From Setoptus koraiensis (taxonomy: Eukaryota > Animalia > Arthropoda), in contig CM106586.1 in NCBI GenBank assembly GCA_048013815.1, forward strand, positions 5,208,001-5,272,000: a stretch of DNA of 64,000 bases, written 5' to 3'. Below, piece by piece: positions 15,301 through 28,718 of the stretch. Each line of letters opens with the position of its first letter. The stretch's first letter is position 1. Below the pieces are notes generated by a model. It was not told the DNA's origin. It worked only from the letters and a program-made list of their open reading frames with translations, and did no database searches. Position numbers and translations under genes: made by a program.

Positions 15301-18255
15301 TTGAAGTTTCAGTCTACAGCTACTGGGGGGCGAAGGCGAGGGTTAACGTTGTTGATCAGTTGATATATCACCGCCATTAGTTTAACTTTACTTTTTCACG
15401 ATGAACTTGAATAATAATCAACGTCAGGAAGCCAAATGTTTGTCTTTGCAAGTGCTCGCGCTCTCATGGGAATGCAATTTGCTTCCAAGCAAGCTATTAT
15501 TAGATATATGAAAAATTCTATTTATAGACTATGAACACTATTTTGTTGATCATCTTATGTCGATCATTTACGTAGCAACGTTAAAACCCCCATTATTCGA
15601 TTCATTGTTGTTCACTATTATAGTCCATTGTTGCACGAATAATTCAAGTCGTCTATTGAGTCCACTATGTAAATATTTTGACAATAATAAATAATAATAA
15701 TATTCTCGAGTAGCACCTCTCTGTCACTCTCTTTGATTTTCTTCTATCTTGTAGCAATCAGTTTAGCTGCGTCTATAAATAGAAATATAATGAATGACTC
15801 ACTACTACTTATGTCTCTCCATATAGGCAACGCTCCAAATAGAAATGGAGCTTGCATGTGGCCAATGTCAATTTAACTAATTGTTGTTTGCGTATAATCC
15901 GGCTTGAGCCGAGACGGTGTCAGAAGTCTTGGTGGCCCAAGTGCTTATTGTGTCTGACAAATGACAACAGTTGTCGTAATACTATTTTTAAACCACTATC
16001 ACCTACTCATGGAAATGCGCAGCTCTATCGCCAGTGGATAAGATTATCAGATTAATTGTGGTCGCGATTGTTTATAATAGTAATACCATTTTTGTCTGCT
16101 GTAGATATAAGTGTGTATTGATGTTATTGATGTTGCTCTAGGACTCTCGCCAAGACGGCCACAACCGCAAACTATTGTGGTGATGTTGCGATAAAGCGAA
16201 AGCAATTTCAGGATTAGCGAAGAAGCTTGTAATTAGATTAGTTGCTGGTCGATCGGTCTGTCCTGTGCTGATTTGTGATGGCCTTAAGCCAATTGATGGT
16301 GATGACCGATATCTGATATGGTACCTTGTGACCGATATAAAGATATAGTGATTATTGTTGCGAACACGTGGCCGTGCCTCATGATCTTATTCATGTTATC
16401 CACTCATGGATTACTTATGTACATGACCACAGTGACAATTAAATAAGCCAATTCTCTCGCGATCCGTCTGGTCAATTTGTTTGTCAGCTTCTTTCATTGA
16501 CTTGTAATTTCAAATAATCGAAAACTACTCCAGAAAAACAAGCATCAAACTAGCTAAATCTATTCAATCTGGCTCCCTCACCAATTCTACATAATTGACT
16601 TGGTGTTCAGTTGGGCAAATAAACTTATCATTGAGACACAAAACGGATTGTGTCCAGCCATAGGGGTGCGCTATCATGCATTCACGAGGAAAATGTGTCA
16701 AGGGGAACGTTCCGTTTCATTCACACTCTAGCTCATGTTCTATGTTTCTAGGATTAGTCAAACTGTCTAGTATGGGGTTTAGTCCGAGTAGCAGTAGTAT
16801 ATAGTTTGTTTGCTTGCGCCGATCAGGTTGAAATCACTTGATTTGCTGGCTGGCGCATCTTTTCTATACTCATTAGATTAGTTGCTTTCTTTACAAACAC
16901 AGAGAGCACGTGATTCGTTCGTCGGGAATAAAAGGATCCGTCTTATAGTGCAATTTCAAGTGCCGGAGGCTTGTTTGTTTGTCGGTTGCCGACCGCCGGC
17001 CGTCGGTTGTCTGTTATCGGTTAAGGTTTGTAGCTTCTTCTTGATATGTGTGTGTGTGTGTGTTTTTGCTATTGATTCAACAGTGAAAAGTAAATTGACT
17101 CTAGCTCGGAATTCGCAATGATTCCTGAAGGAACACGAACGAAAAAATGCCCGCCAAAATTTCAAGTTACACGTTGGAATGTGAGTGCTAGAACTGAATC
17201 AGATCATGCTTCCAACATGCCGCTCATTGAGCGGTTCTTATTTGTTGTTACTATTCTCAAGTTTTTCTCATTTACTTAAATTCTTTTGCTTTCGCCATCT
17301 ACAAGTTATCTCGAGTTTTATTGAATTTCTCAAGAAATGTTGCCGATTTTGAAAGGCCAAATTGAATATTTTCGTTGCTGATAGAGAATTCCTGATAATT
17401 TCACGTGTATAGTTTATATTTAACTTATGAACGATGAATGTATTTCCAATGAATTTCTTGCTCAGTCAAAATGTCTCATCGGTCAGTTGAATGGTGCACG
17501 ACGCCCCCCTATGTCAAGTCGGCATGACAAGCGCAGTTATTTGCCTAATTTATACCGCATTATATTTGTGCAAAGTTTGCAGGTATACATTTATATTAGT
17601 ACTAAAGGTCTCAAGTGAGTTAAGTCCACTGAGGTCTGACAACTGTTGAAGCTCAGCTCAATGTTACTGAACTGTTACTGTTCTTTTTATCATCATCATC
17701 ATCATCATCTTCATCATCATCATCATGATTATTGAGAATCGGATGATAATCAGTCAATGTCGTTGTTGTTGCTGTTCCAATGTCACTGTCCATGTCAATA
17801 TCGGCAGCAATTTGAATAAATAAAGGTAGATAAGCTCGCCTTCTGTCGCTGTGTATTGTCGTTGTGTTGTTGTTGTTGTTGTTGGTCACACAGCACGATA
17901 AAGATTAATCTCTGTCACAATAACAACCACACATAAATAAACAGCAACGAATACAAATAGTGATTGTAGCCAATCGTTAATTTGTTCGAATAGCAAACTT
18001 TTCTTCTTAATTCCATTCTGTGTTGGTCGTTAGTGCCGAATTGTTGGAATAGACACTGCCGCTGATGATGCCTGTCAGTGGCAGGTTATGGGTGGTTAAG
18101 TTTGAACAACAATCCTAAGTGATGAGTCACCTTTACATGGTAACAAAATTCAATTGAGTTAGAGACCATTCAACGGCAACAGCAACGCCAGAAACTGATA
18201 AACACTGCCTCTGTGTCCGTGTCTGTCTCACTCTCTCATTATCTGTTACTTGAGA

Positions 18256-18257
<2 letters not shown>

Positions 18258-18297
<40 letters not shown>
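18258..18297. repeat. (AT)n microsatellite, about 20 units
   Basis: Directly visible. Confidence 0.97.
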
Positions 18298-18302
<5 letters not shown>

Positions 18303-19190
18303 CGTATATGTATATTGTTACTCACGCGCTGAACTAACAATAAACCAACAACGACGTTATATGCTCACAATGGCAATATGTAAATATAAGCATAAGCACA
18401 CAATAATGGCATCCAATGTTCATGTAAAATCCGATATGATCTGTTCTGGTGTCTCGCGGCTCGCCGTTGCTGTTGCCTCCTGTTTGATATCAATATCTCT
18501 CTCTCTGTGTTTATATATTTATATATCTAGCATATCTAGGAGTATTCACGTGAAGATTTAGATCACCACCAGGTGTTGCTTGGGGAACGGCCGGCGGAGT
18601 TGGCTTTGCGTCACTCAAACATTTCGACTCGGGCCGGATGCCAGTGCGGCAAGAAATTGCGCGCGCAAACAGTGCATCGAGTCCCCAATCGTGACGGAAT
18701 GCAGTTTTCGCCGATTCAATTCTTGTGTGTCCAACATTCACAAACTAAATTACTCGCTATCTGTGACCAGATATGACCAGGTGTAAATTCCTCGAAATTT
18801 CTCTCTCTCTCTCTCTCTTGGCCATTCAGTTGTTCAAATTAAAACAGCATTGTGATTGTGATGATGCATAATTGTATGTTGCTCGTTGTTCCGCGGGCTT
18901 CGTTTGTTCGTTACACGACCGCGCTCGCTCCGGCGGCTCAAATGGCGCTCGTTAGTTAGTCGGCCATGTGGCTCGGTCGATTCGTCGGGCAACAACGTGT
19001 TGCTCGCTCGTATTCGACGCCGACAACAGTTCGCTGGCCGGCAACATTGTCCGACGGTTTGCCATGCTTGCCCCTCCATCCATGTGTGTGTGTGTGTGTG
19101 TCAATCAGCCTTATAAGCCTTATAAGAGTTATTATAAGAGTTAGATGAGGATAAATGATGTGCTTTGGTTGCAGTTGAGCCTTCGCTTGA

Positions 19191-19335
19191 TCGGTGTGTG
19201 GTTGCTCGGATCGGTGTGGTTGCTCGGATCTGCGCGGTCGCTCGGATTGGTGCGGCTGTTGGGAGAGGTTGGTGTAAACTGATTCCAGGAATTATGGCAT
19301 GAATTTCTCAAATTATTTCTCAAATTATTTCTCAA
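19191..19335. repeat. Degenerate ~18-bp repeat (tcggtgtggttgctcgga-like) followed by a 12-bp repeat (atttctcaaatt, about 3 copies)
   Basis: Directly visible. Confidence 0.75.
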
Positions 19336-20592
19336 ATGGCCGCGCTAATGTATTGTGTTCGACAATCTATCGATTGAATGGTGCGAGCGCAAGCGGTGAT
19401 TCATGCACTCACGTTGCATCGCATCACATGACATGAAGGAAGCGAGCAGTTGGAGAAAAGTTCTCTAGACAACGCAGCATTGTCATGTGCGCTGCCGAAC
19501 TAAAAGCACATGACTCGTCGGCAGCCTGTTCGGCAAGTTCAAGCAAGGTGAACCTACCACAAGTTGCACTAATGAGTCATGGGCACCCGAGCACATGTTT
19601 CAGTCACTGATGATCGCAGTGGCTGCAAATCACTCACTGATATTCGGTGTGTGTGTGCAAGTGTGTGCGAGTGTGTGTGTGCCAACATCGAACTCTTGTT
19701 AACTTAACAATGTTAAGTGATCGTTCGTTCGCCCGGTCGAACAATTTCAACAATTTGTTACAACAACCACCGCGCTGTCGAACATTTGAGTTAGACGCAC
19801 TGGCATCATTTGAGCGTCCATGCCGAGTTGAGTTGGTTAAGAGCGCGACTCAACTGTAGTATGACCAGGCATGGGTTCAAGCAAGACTCGCAGCTGGCTT
19901 GACTAGCTCACATTGTCAGCTCTGGCGCATTTGATGAGCACGCCGGCCAACAGGGTTCGTTCGTGGCGGACTCAAGTCATCTCAAGTCAAGTCGGCTGTA
20001 AGTTGTTCAGTTAAATTTCATCATCTGCTGCCACTGCCACTGCCGCATCTTTTTCCCGGTAACGACGACCGTTCACAAGTTCGCTATTTTTGGCGCCACT
20101 TCCATTGTACGTATGCAACTCGCAAGTGTCCATGTCAATCTAGTATCACTGCCATAACGCATCATGAGCGCGCCAACCGACGTGAGCCACTGGCCAGTGC
20201 GCTAACTATTGCATATATACTGTATTTATACAGTAGTTCCATCACCAGCAAAAGCGCTAGCAAACAAGATGGCTCAGCCAAGATGGCGCCTCAGGCTCGC
20301 CCCCTTGAGTTTGGCAATTTTTGCAGGCCGCAACGATGAGACACTCGCACTCGGTAACACATATATATCTGTCTGTAATATAACATAATATAATAATGAG
20401 CCAGCTTGCGCCTGTGATTGTGAGCCAAGTTTCGTTTCGTGTCAGTTGGTTCGCTTATCCAGTGTTATGTTATTTTTACATAGTTATTATAAGTTGAGTT
20501 TGTACATGTGAGTGTGCGTGTTTCTCATCACTACTCATTACCACTACTTACCACCAAAGCAACCAGCGCAGCCAGTGGCAGACGCACATGTA

Positions 20593-20637
<45 letters not shown>

Positions 20638-20779
20638 CGCACTGAGTGCAACGTATAGGAAAGGTTTTTCCACCATCGCCGTCATGATACTTTGATGTTG
20701 TTCAGCCAGATTCGCTTCTAATGAGTGTGAGGGCGAGAGGGGGCTCATCTTGAGCCGGCGCTGCCACCAAGTTTGCATT

Positions 20780-20817
<38 letters not shown>

Positions 20818-20880
20818 CTGCGATGATTGGCTACACTTGTGAGCGGCCGCACAAACACAACGCGCAGACACGCACTTCAT

Positions 20881-20919
<39 letters not shown>

Positions 20920-23742
20920 TGCAAGTTGCAACAAGCCAATTACAATAATGTAATTGGTATGGTTTCAACATCTTCATGATACACGCACTCGTGTCATGAG
21001 GAGTATCATGAGAGTATCATGAAGAGTGAGCGTGTGTGTGTGTGTGTTTGCATTGGACCCGAGAGGCTCTGTGTTCGCCAGCACTCTCGTGTGTGTGTGT
21101 GTGTGTGTGCGTTGTAGCTCAGGCGCTTACAAATAGATATGGCGCGCAACGTGGTCAATTTGTAGCTGCGACTGTTGCAACGGAAAAGTTTATTCGATTG
21201 AGGTTTCCTGCAACAACAATGTGTGAGAGTTCGGCGCGATGGCCCTCCTCGTTCCCCTGCCCCCTCCCCCGGCATAAAAACACACACACGCGTCCCCCTG
21301 ATGAAGCAAGTAAGTTCGTCTCTTGTGCACACTCCACGCGGCTAACTAAGATTCGGCATGGCTCGAGCCGGCAACTCTAAATCAACACATGCAGCAGGCC
21401 GACGCCGTTGTGGTCACACATCATCCGTTCGAGATGATTCGACACAACAAAACGATGATTCTAATAGAGTTGCCCCTATGAAAGTGATTCTAGTGAGATA
21501 AATCACTGGTAAACTGTTGATGGATTTAGAACAACGAGAGCGGCTCACGAGAGAGGCAGTTTTAATGCCACTGTTACGTCTACAAGTTGGTCGAATGGTT
21601 AGTGCGATTGTGCGAGCACCTCCACTGGTGTTCGCTGATACTGGCCAGAGCTGCACAAGGATAAAGATGGTGCTGCAATAGAGAGATAGAGAGAGAGAGA
21701 GAGGATCATAGACCACGTTGGCGCGAGCGCGCGCTCTCTCGAACCATCGCACTGCGCATATATGGAGATTGGTGGGGAGGAGGAGACCACTACGACGACG
21801 CCGCTGCTGCTTGCGGGGCTGCATTACATATGCGCTGTGCCTTCTTCGAACCTATTGTAATAAGCTAGTGGTAAACGCATGTAGATAGTTCGCTCACCAT
21901 CATCGTCATCCCATTTGTGCTGTTGCTTTACATGCGTATAAATATATTTATATATATACATATATATATATATACGTTTGTACGTCTAGTATATTATATT
22001 TATATATATATATATATATAAGAATATAAATATAAAACTGCGATGGAGTGGCGTATGTATGACAGCGCCCCCGTTGTTTGTTCCCCTCCCCCCCTCCAAT
22101 TACTAGCTATACTCAAACTAGCTACACGCTGAAATTGTGCAGGAGTGTGTGTGTGCGTTTGTTCCGGCTAGCACAACATTTGTGTGTGTGCGTGTGTTTG
22201 TTCGCCTGTTCTGTTGGTGAATGCTAGAAAGCGAACCACTACTATACTTATTGAGGTCAGGATATGGTTCACACAAGTCTGTCTCTATCATCATCCAGCA
22301 GCAGCGGCAGCAGCCTCACATACAGAACAGTGTGTGTTCTCTGCGCCATATAATATCAGACCATGACACACAGCTCGTAAGCGCGAGCAAGCGACGACGA
22401 CGCTCTGAGTGAACGGCGATTGATCATTGAATCACGAAGAGAGGGAGAGCGAACGTCTAACGATGATAGAACGAACAATTGCTTAAACACACACACACAC
22501 ACACACACTGCACAAGCGCTGCCACTAGGCACCAGGGAGAGAGAGAGAGCCACTCATACATGAGCAAAGCTGCATGCTAACGCCACGCTGATCATTCGTC
22601 GTCGTCGTCGTCGTCGTCGTCTCCATCATCGGTCGATCATCATAGGTTCGATCACCATCGCGCATCGTTCGCTGATCGTCGTTGCAAACCGAACACATCT
22701 ATACTTGTGCTGCCGATGCTGCTTGCTCTGCCTCTGTCTTCTCCAGCGTCTCTATCGACACCACCAACTACACCGACTCTATCGACTCTAACGTCGTGGT
22801 AGTCGCATCACATAGCATCGCAATGCACCGCTTAAACTAACACTCACTCACTCAATCACCACACGCATATACACACTCGCTCGCTCGCATACAGGCATTC
22901 ATCAAGTAGACACCATCCCATCAACATCAAAAAATCGCGCTCCCTTATCATTGCGTTGATGATTTCACGCTCTTGCTTATTAATATAATAATAATAATAT
23001 TAGTAGTAATAATAATAATCACCACCATCATCACCCTCATCATCCTCCTCCTCCTCATCATCGGCAACTATCACCCAGTTGGGCATATCTGATCTACTAG
23101 ATCCATCAAATGTGAATAATTCTCAAACTAAATCTAATCAAATCATATCAATTAATACACCATAGATAGATACAGTAGAATAGAAGAGCAGAATTTCATG
23201 GAATCAGATCGCATCTAATCTGATTAAATCGCATCATCACTATCGCTACTTTATACGCACATTACCACTACTACTATTTACTTTATATCACTATATATAC
23301 TACCACTACCTCCTAACCGCCACCATTACATTGGCACCATTTGAATTATCACCTCCATTAAGCGCTACATACATGAAATACTTGAGCATATAATTTTCAT
23401 ATATAATTATATTCATATATATACGACAGCCACTGCTTAAAGTTGCCATTTTCAATTTAGCACTCCAACTGACAACAACTACTCAAAGTAAAGACTACTA
23501 AGTATATAAATACTGAATCATTAACTAGTATCGCAAACACTAATCAACTATAAAAACATTTGAATTTAAATTCAATTGCACTCACATCCCTTCAATAGTA
23601 GCATCTTCATATCCATACCATACGCATGTCGCGACGCACACATTTGTACACTTTTTAATTTAAGTCGACAATTGTTTTAGAAAAGAAATTATTGAAAACA
23701 CTATTTATCCACAATAATCAATTGCTACACACATCATAACTT

Positions 23743-25262
23743 ATGGGCCATACAAATTTATTTAAAGCTCCGTCAGGCTATCTAGCTTGTTTTACATTAA
23801 TGATTCAGATAGTAGGCTTGTCGCTATTATTGCCTGGTAGCGATGCAAAACCGCTAAATAATCACATTAAATTTAGGCGCCTGCCACCAAAAGAATATTC
23901 TGCGGCCGTAGGCTCCAGCATCGTCTTAGAATGCGAAGCAGGCGGTTCACCTCCGCCTACAATTCATTGGCTAAAGAACGGCCAGAAGCTAGTTCAGGTA
24001 AGTCATTCGATCTAAAATCCTCAGCATCTATTAATAAACACAATCAGAAGAAAACTGTTTCTTTTCCAACTAGATTATTAATTCTATCGCTTACATTGTC
24101 TATGATCGTCCAATTTGTAGAGCGACTTAGAGAACTCTGTCGATGACATTGGCAAAGGTGACAATGCTCTCATTGGTCTCAGTGCCACACGTTCCAGGTT
24201 ACATATCGATTGCCTCAATAACCAAGATGAAGCTGTTTATACTTGTGTGGCAGAAAACGCCTACTCGAGAGTGAGCGCCCATACCAACTTGATGGTACTT
24301 CAACCTCAACCTCGTGTTTTAAGCGACAATGAGCAAGACGATGTCCCAAACTCTCCTTTAGTTGAATTAGTTGCTCTAGAACTTGGCTCGGAGTCCACAC
24401 CGACTACTTCTCCTGCTTCTGAGATAATCAATGGCAAAGATTTAGCTGCTGTACCTCAATGCACAAGTAAATCCACACAAGGTTAGTTGCATTTAAAACT
24501 CTATGGACACCTGTTGATCCAATTATTCTTCTATTCGACTTCTTTATTACAACATTTCCAAACTTTCATCTTTTAACATTATCCCCCTGTAGGCCCTGTG
24601 AGAATTCACATGTGGACTCACAATCGTTTGGAGAATATGAACAACAATGTGCTTCTCTTCTGTCGGTCTAACAGATTAAGAGCTCCTGCCAAAGTTGTTT
24701 CTTCGGAGAACCAAAGCGGCAAGATTCAACAGAGCAATTCAGCGTTCAATGACCAATTCAATGGACAAACACCAGCTACAATTACCTGGTTGACCCCTGA
24801 CGATAAGGTTATTAAGCCAGATCAAGCAAAATACGAAATCTTAGACACAGGAGACTTGCTAATCCATGATCTCAGGTGGACAGATATGGGATCATATACG
24901 TGCACGGTCTCTGATGATCACAGTACAGACTCAGTAACCGTTTTCGTGTACCCTACTAAGGTTAGTATATGCGCGAGATAAACAATGACGGGATAAATAC
25001 GATATAAATTTTAGGGTTCACTTTTACTTTCCTGACTGAAAAATTTGAATGGTTTCCTTATTGACAGCACCACCCTATGAATGCTCATCACTTGAACCCT
25101 CAACTAATCCCCAACACAACTTATTATTTTCCGTTACTCCCCTTGAATATTCCCAACCTTATTTTGTGTTTTGAATATACCATACCCGAATACCATCCGA
25201 CATTGTTTACTGTTGCCTTGTTTTGTTTGGTTATATCCCACAGCCGGAGGGAGAAGCATTGA
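23743..25262 (+). CDS. ImpL2: ImpL2-like secreted insulin/IGF-binding protein with two Ig domains
   Basis: GT-AG exons 23743-23997, 24121-24481 and 24593-24960 join in frame. The probable last exon is 25068-25262; the alternative is read-through to the stop at 24981. Signal-like stretch MIQIVGLSLLLPGSDA. Ig1 has LECEAGGSPPPTIHW...RSRLHIDC...DEAVYTCVAEN. Ig2 has RIHMWT...LFCR...ITW...GDLLIHDLRWTDMGSYTC...VFVYPT, typical of arthropod ImpL2. Confidence 0.88.
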
Positions 25263-26077
25263 GAGAGAGAATTGTGGACCAAAGGAGATTGGAAACAAAT
25301 AACATAACATAATATTATAGACAGCATCTATGATTATCAAACATTTTAGATGCAGGAAACAAACCAAAAAAAATCACAAACAGAAACAAACCAAAAAATT
25401 ACAACTACCGATCATTTTAGGAAGCACACACAAATTGTTTATCTCCTCCCTCGCACGTTGTCATGGCGACACAAAAAGTAAACTCATCCAGTTAACTACT
25501 ACACACAACTAGTTTTTTCAAATTGTCCATCCTCGCATAATATGAGTTAATAGTATATATGATCTATATAGCATGATTTTCACATCAATAGCATGATGTA
25601 TTATTACTATTTTTATTAGTATCACTATCATTATCAATTATATCTTTATTATCGATTATAATAATTACTATTTATATTAAAACTATGATGTCCTTATCAT
25701 TTATAATGGATATCAAGTAACTCAGCTGGAATCAGACCAAAAAATATCTGATAGAATTTATTACCTATTCAAATTAGCTTAAATCTAACTAGTCATCTTC
25801 CCACAACCAGCCACTCGATTGACCCATAGTTTTGAGATTGTAACATCCTCGTTCTCTGTAGTAAAGACCAATCGTATCAAGCTGTATACTCTAAGGCGGA
25901 CATTTATTTTGATAATTAATCTTCGAATGTGTTCTTTTCACATCGACCTCTCATCTTACCACTAACTACATCACCACAATGACATAGCGGATGTCTTAGA
26001 CTCGAATTGGTTCTTAAAGTATATGTATAGATGTTATCTCTTCTTATTTTTTAGTCTACGTGTATTAAGAAGTGAAC

Positions 26078-28377
26078 ATGGCAGCAAGAGTTGATAATCA
26101 GAGAACATCATATGTTTCATCTGGGATTTACAAGTATTGCGGGGATCCCAGAAAGTTTTCATTCGGGTAATTTTTCTGTTAAGATCATATAACTTTTTGA
26201 GGTTTTAACGTGTTACCTAGGTTTAACGTAGACTTTTATCACGTTACACTATATTCAGATTGATGATCGAGCAGGATGGCATCCGAGAGAATGACTTACG
26301 CATTGACCTATCTAAATCTAAAGTATCACAAGGTGAAAATGAATCCATTATCTCTTCACCCCAGTCTGAATCTAGAAATGAATCATTTTATCAAGAAACT
26401 GATCTAAAATCAAATAATAACGCCTCGCCAGGCGATCCAACTGGATTTATTGGGTATATAATCAAATGGGAGACGACTCATGCTACAGTCGAGAAGGTAA
26501 AACTAATCAACAGCTTGCTTAACTTATTCACAACCACAGAAAGGATTTTAACTTAATTTTCTCCTTCCTGTCGAAATATTTCGTTTGTGGACCGCAGTTA
26601 CAGACAAATCTAGAAAAAAATAATTCTAACGAGCAGATTGGGGGGTACTCTATGAGACAAAATTATAAAATAGTAGCCAAAATTGTACACGATAAAAATC
26701 ATCTTCTACCATACAAGCAAACCAATTACACATTACATCAGCAAGTTAGATGTCACGATACGTCTGTCATGACGCTATCTGGTTCATCGGGGTATCACGA
26801 TGTGATATCTTCAAAACTCTATAATCATTATCATAACCCGACATTAGGCAATAATGATACAAAAACTTATACTGGCGATCTAGTCAACAATAATATAATA
26901 ACAAGAGATAATAGAAACCAATCCTCAACAGACAACTTGAACAAGTCCATAACAATGTGCATCGTTTTAGAAAGGATACAAAACTCAGCGATTTTCGTCG
27001 ATATGGCCAATTCACCATCATCGGCTCCTGTTGGATCATGTAGTGACCTTATTGCACAACCCTCAACAAGTACACAAAACTTTGACGATAACATATCTTC
27101 ATTTATTGATACTCTGAGCCCTCATCAACATGTTCTCGGCTTGATCACAGTTGATGAACAGAGCCGCTTAATCACTATGAAACCTGATTTCGGAACACAT
27201 CTGGATTTTAATAGATCTTCTAAACTTCATAACTTACCTAAGTTTACATATTGGTTCAGATTAAACACAATGGACGATCATGATAAGACACTTCACAGTT
27301 TTATAGACACAGCAAACCCCATGGAAGCTAAAATCAATCTCACTCGTGATCTATTGAGGCCCCAGCTCAACCGGAACCATAGGCCGACCACTAGATCGAA
27401 AAAAGTTTTTTCTTCTCCCATTAATGGATCACTAATAACATGCATACAATTGAATATACAATATGCTCATAGCATTCTTCCAGGAAAAATAGAAAATCTC
27501 TATGTAAGATATAGGTTGTTTAGTAAGCTATCAATGGAAGGCAAGAGTTCAGAAACTCAAGTTAACACCAGCATGTCAAGCCCGGCTAACTCCACTGACA
27601 AGAAGCTCGATTGTAAATTCCAAAATCTGTATCTTGATGGCACAACTGTAACAAGCCTACCAAGCTCAAATGGTATGTTTCACTTTTCTTGTACTGAACA
27701 ACTTTTAATTGAATCAAAGAAGATTATGCAAGACCAACAATTAAATTTGTTGATGGAGTTTTACTCTAGTGATTTCTACAGAAAGAGATTGGAGGGATGG
27801 GCCTTTGTAACATTACCTAGATCAAATCCTAGAAAAATCATCGAGGTTGATATTATCCATTACGATCTGTATCGCCTAGTGGATCGTTTACGATATCATT
27901 TATTGGGGACACTACCGGATGATATGATCGAGATTGAAAAAGTGAGTATAGTCGCTGATTTTTCTAATTAAGAATCTTGAAATTCGTTATCAGAAAACGG
28001 AACTAATTGCTAAATCATCCTCTCCTACTATCAATAGATTGTGCTATCACAAAATAGATACCTTTTGCCTACTAGGTTCATAGGGAGGCTTGTACTCGAA
28101 TACGAAGCTTTTCAACAAGTTAGGTGAGTACCTCAAACAATAACGATAGATTCGATTTTGTCCTCTTTTTCTCATAAAACCATTAGACTGATCCATTTTG
28201 TTGATTGTGTATTTTAAATGTACAATGTTTCTAAATAGCGATCCCTCTTTGGACAAAGCGGCGATAGAGTTACTCAAAATCAGCGATGTAGAAACACGGA
28301 TGGTGAAAATCGACATAGAGTCTGTCATACAAGCTTATAAACTGGCTAGAAAGAAACTTGAGGCTTTAGAATGTTAG
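26078..28377 (+). CDS. MKS1: Meckel syndrome type 1 B9-domain ciliary transition-zone protein, about 640 aa
   Basis: Exons 26078-26166, 26232-26496, 26598-27941, 28038-28123 and 28239-28377 are phase-compatible; the first acceptor is the least certain. N-terminal GIYKYCGDPRKF, B9-like ENLYVRYRL...LLMEFYSSDFYRKRLEGWAFVTLP...RLRYHLLG, and C-terminal SVIQAYKLARKKLEAL resemble MKS1 (NVLEAFRRARRRMQEA). Confidence 0.8.
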
Positions 28378-28718
28378 AGAAAGATGTCACACATAATCAT
28401 TTAAAACTGACTGAGTGAGATGAGATAGAAGTTATAGTTGGTAGCTTAAATTGTTAACAGGAGACAAATATCTTACAAGAAACAATAAAAAATGTATTCA
28501 ACTGAAGTGGGAGTACCAAATTAATTTTTGAAAATTAATTCGCATCGATTTCCATCGATTCGGATCAGTTCTACAAAAAACTCTACCTCCTTCTTGCTCT
28601 CAGTATTTATCTCGTATTCGCTCACAACTTCTTGTTCACTTGTCAAATGAGTGGTAACCAAATAGCAAAGAGAAATTTGGGACTAATTGACTCTAATGAG
28701 TCCGGACAGGTTTTGTTT

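Noticed and set aside
253-22553. Dozens of 60-136-aa ORFs in the desert
   Set aside because: Most begin at alternative starts, are built from microsatellites (CVCV, HTHT, LSLS, NNN, DDD) and show no recognisable motifs or convincing exon chains.
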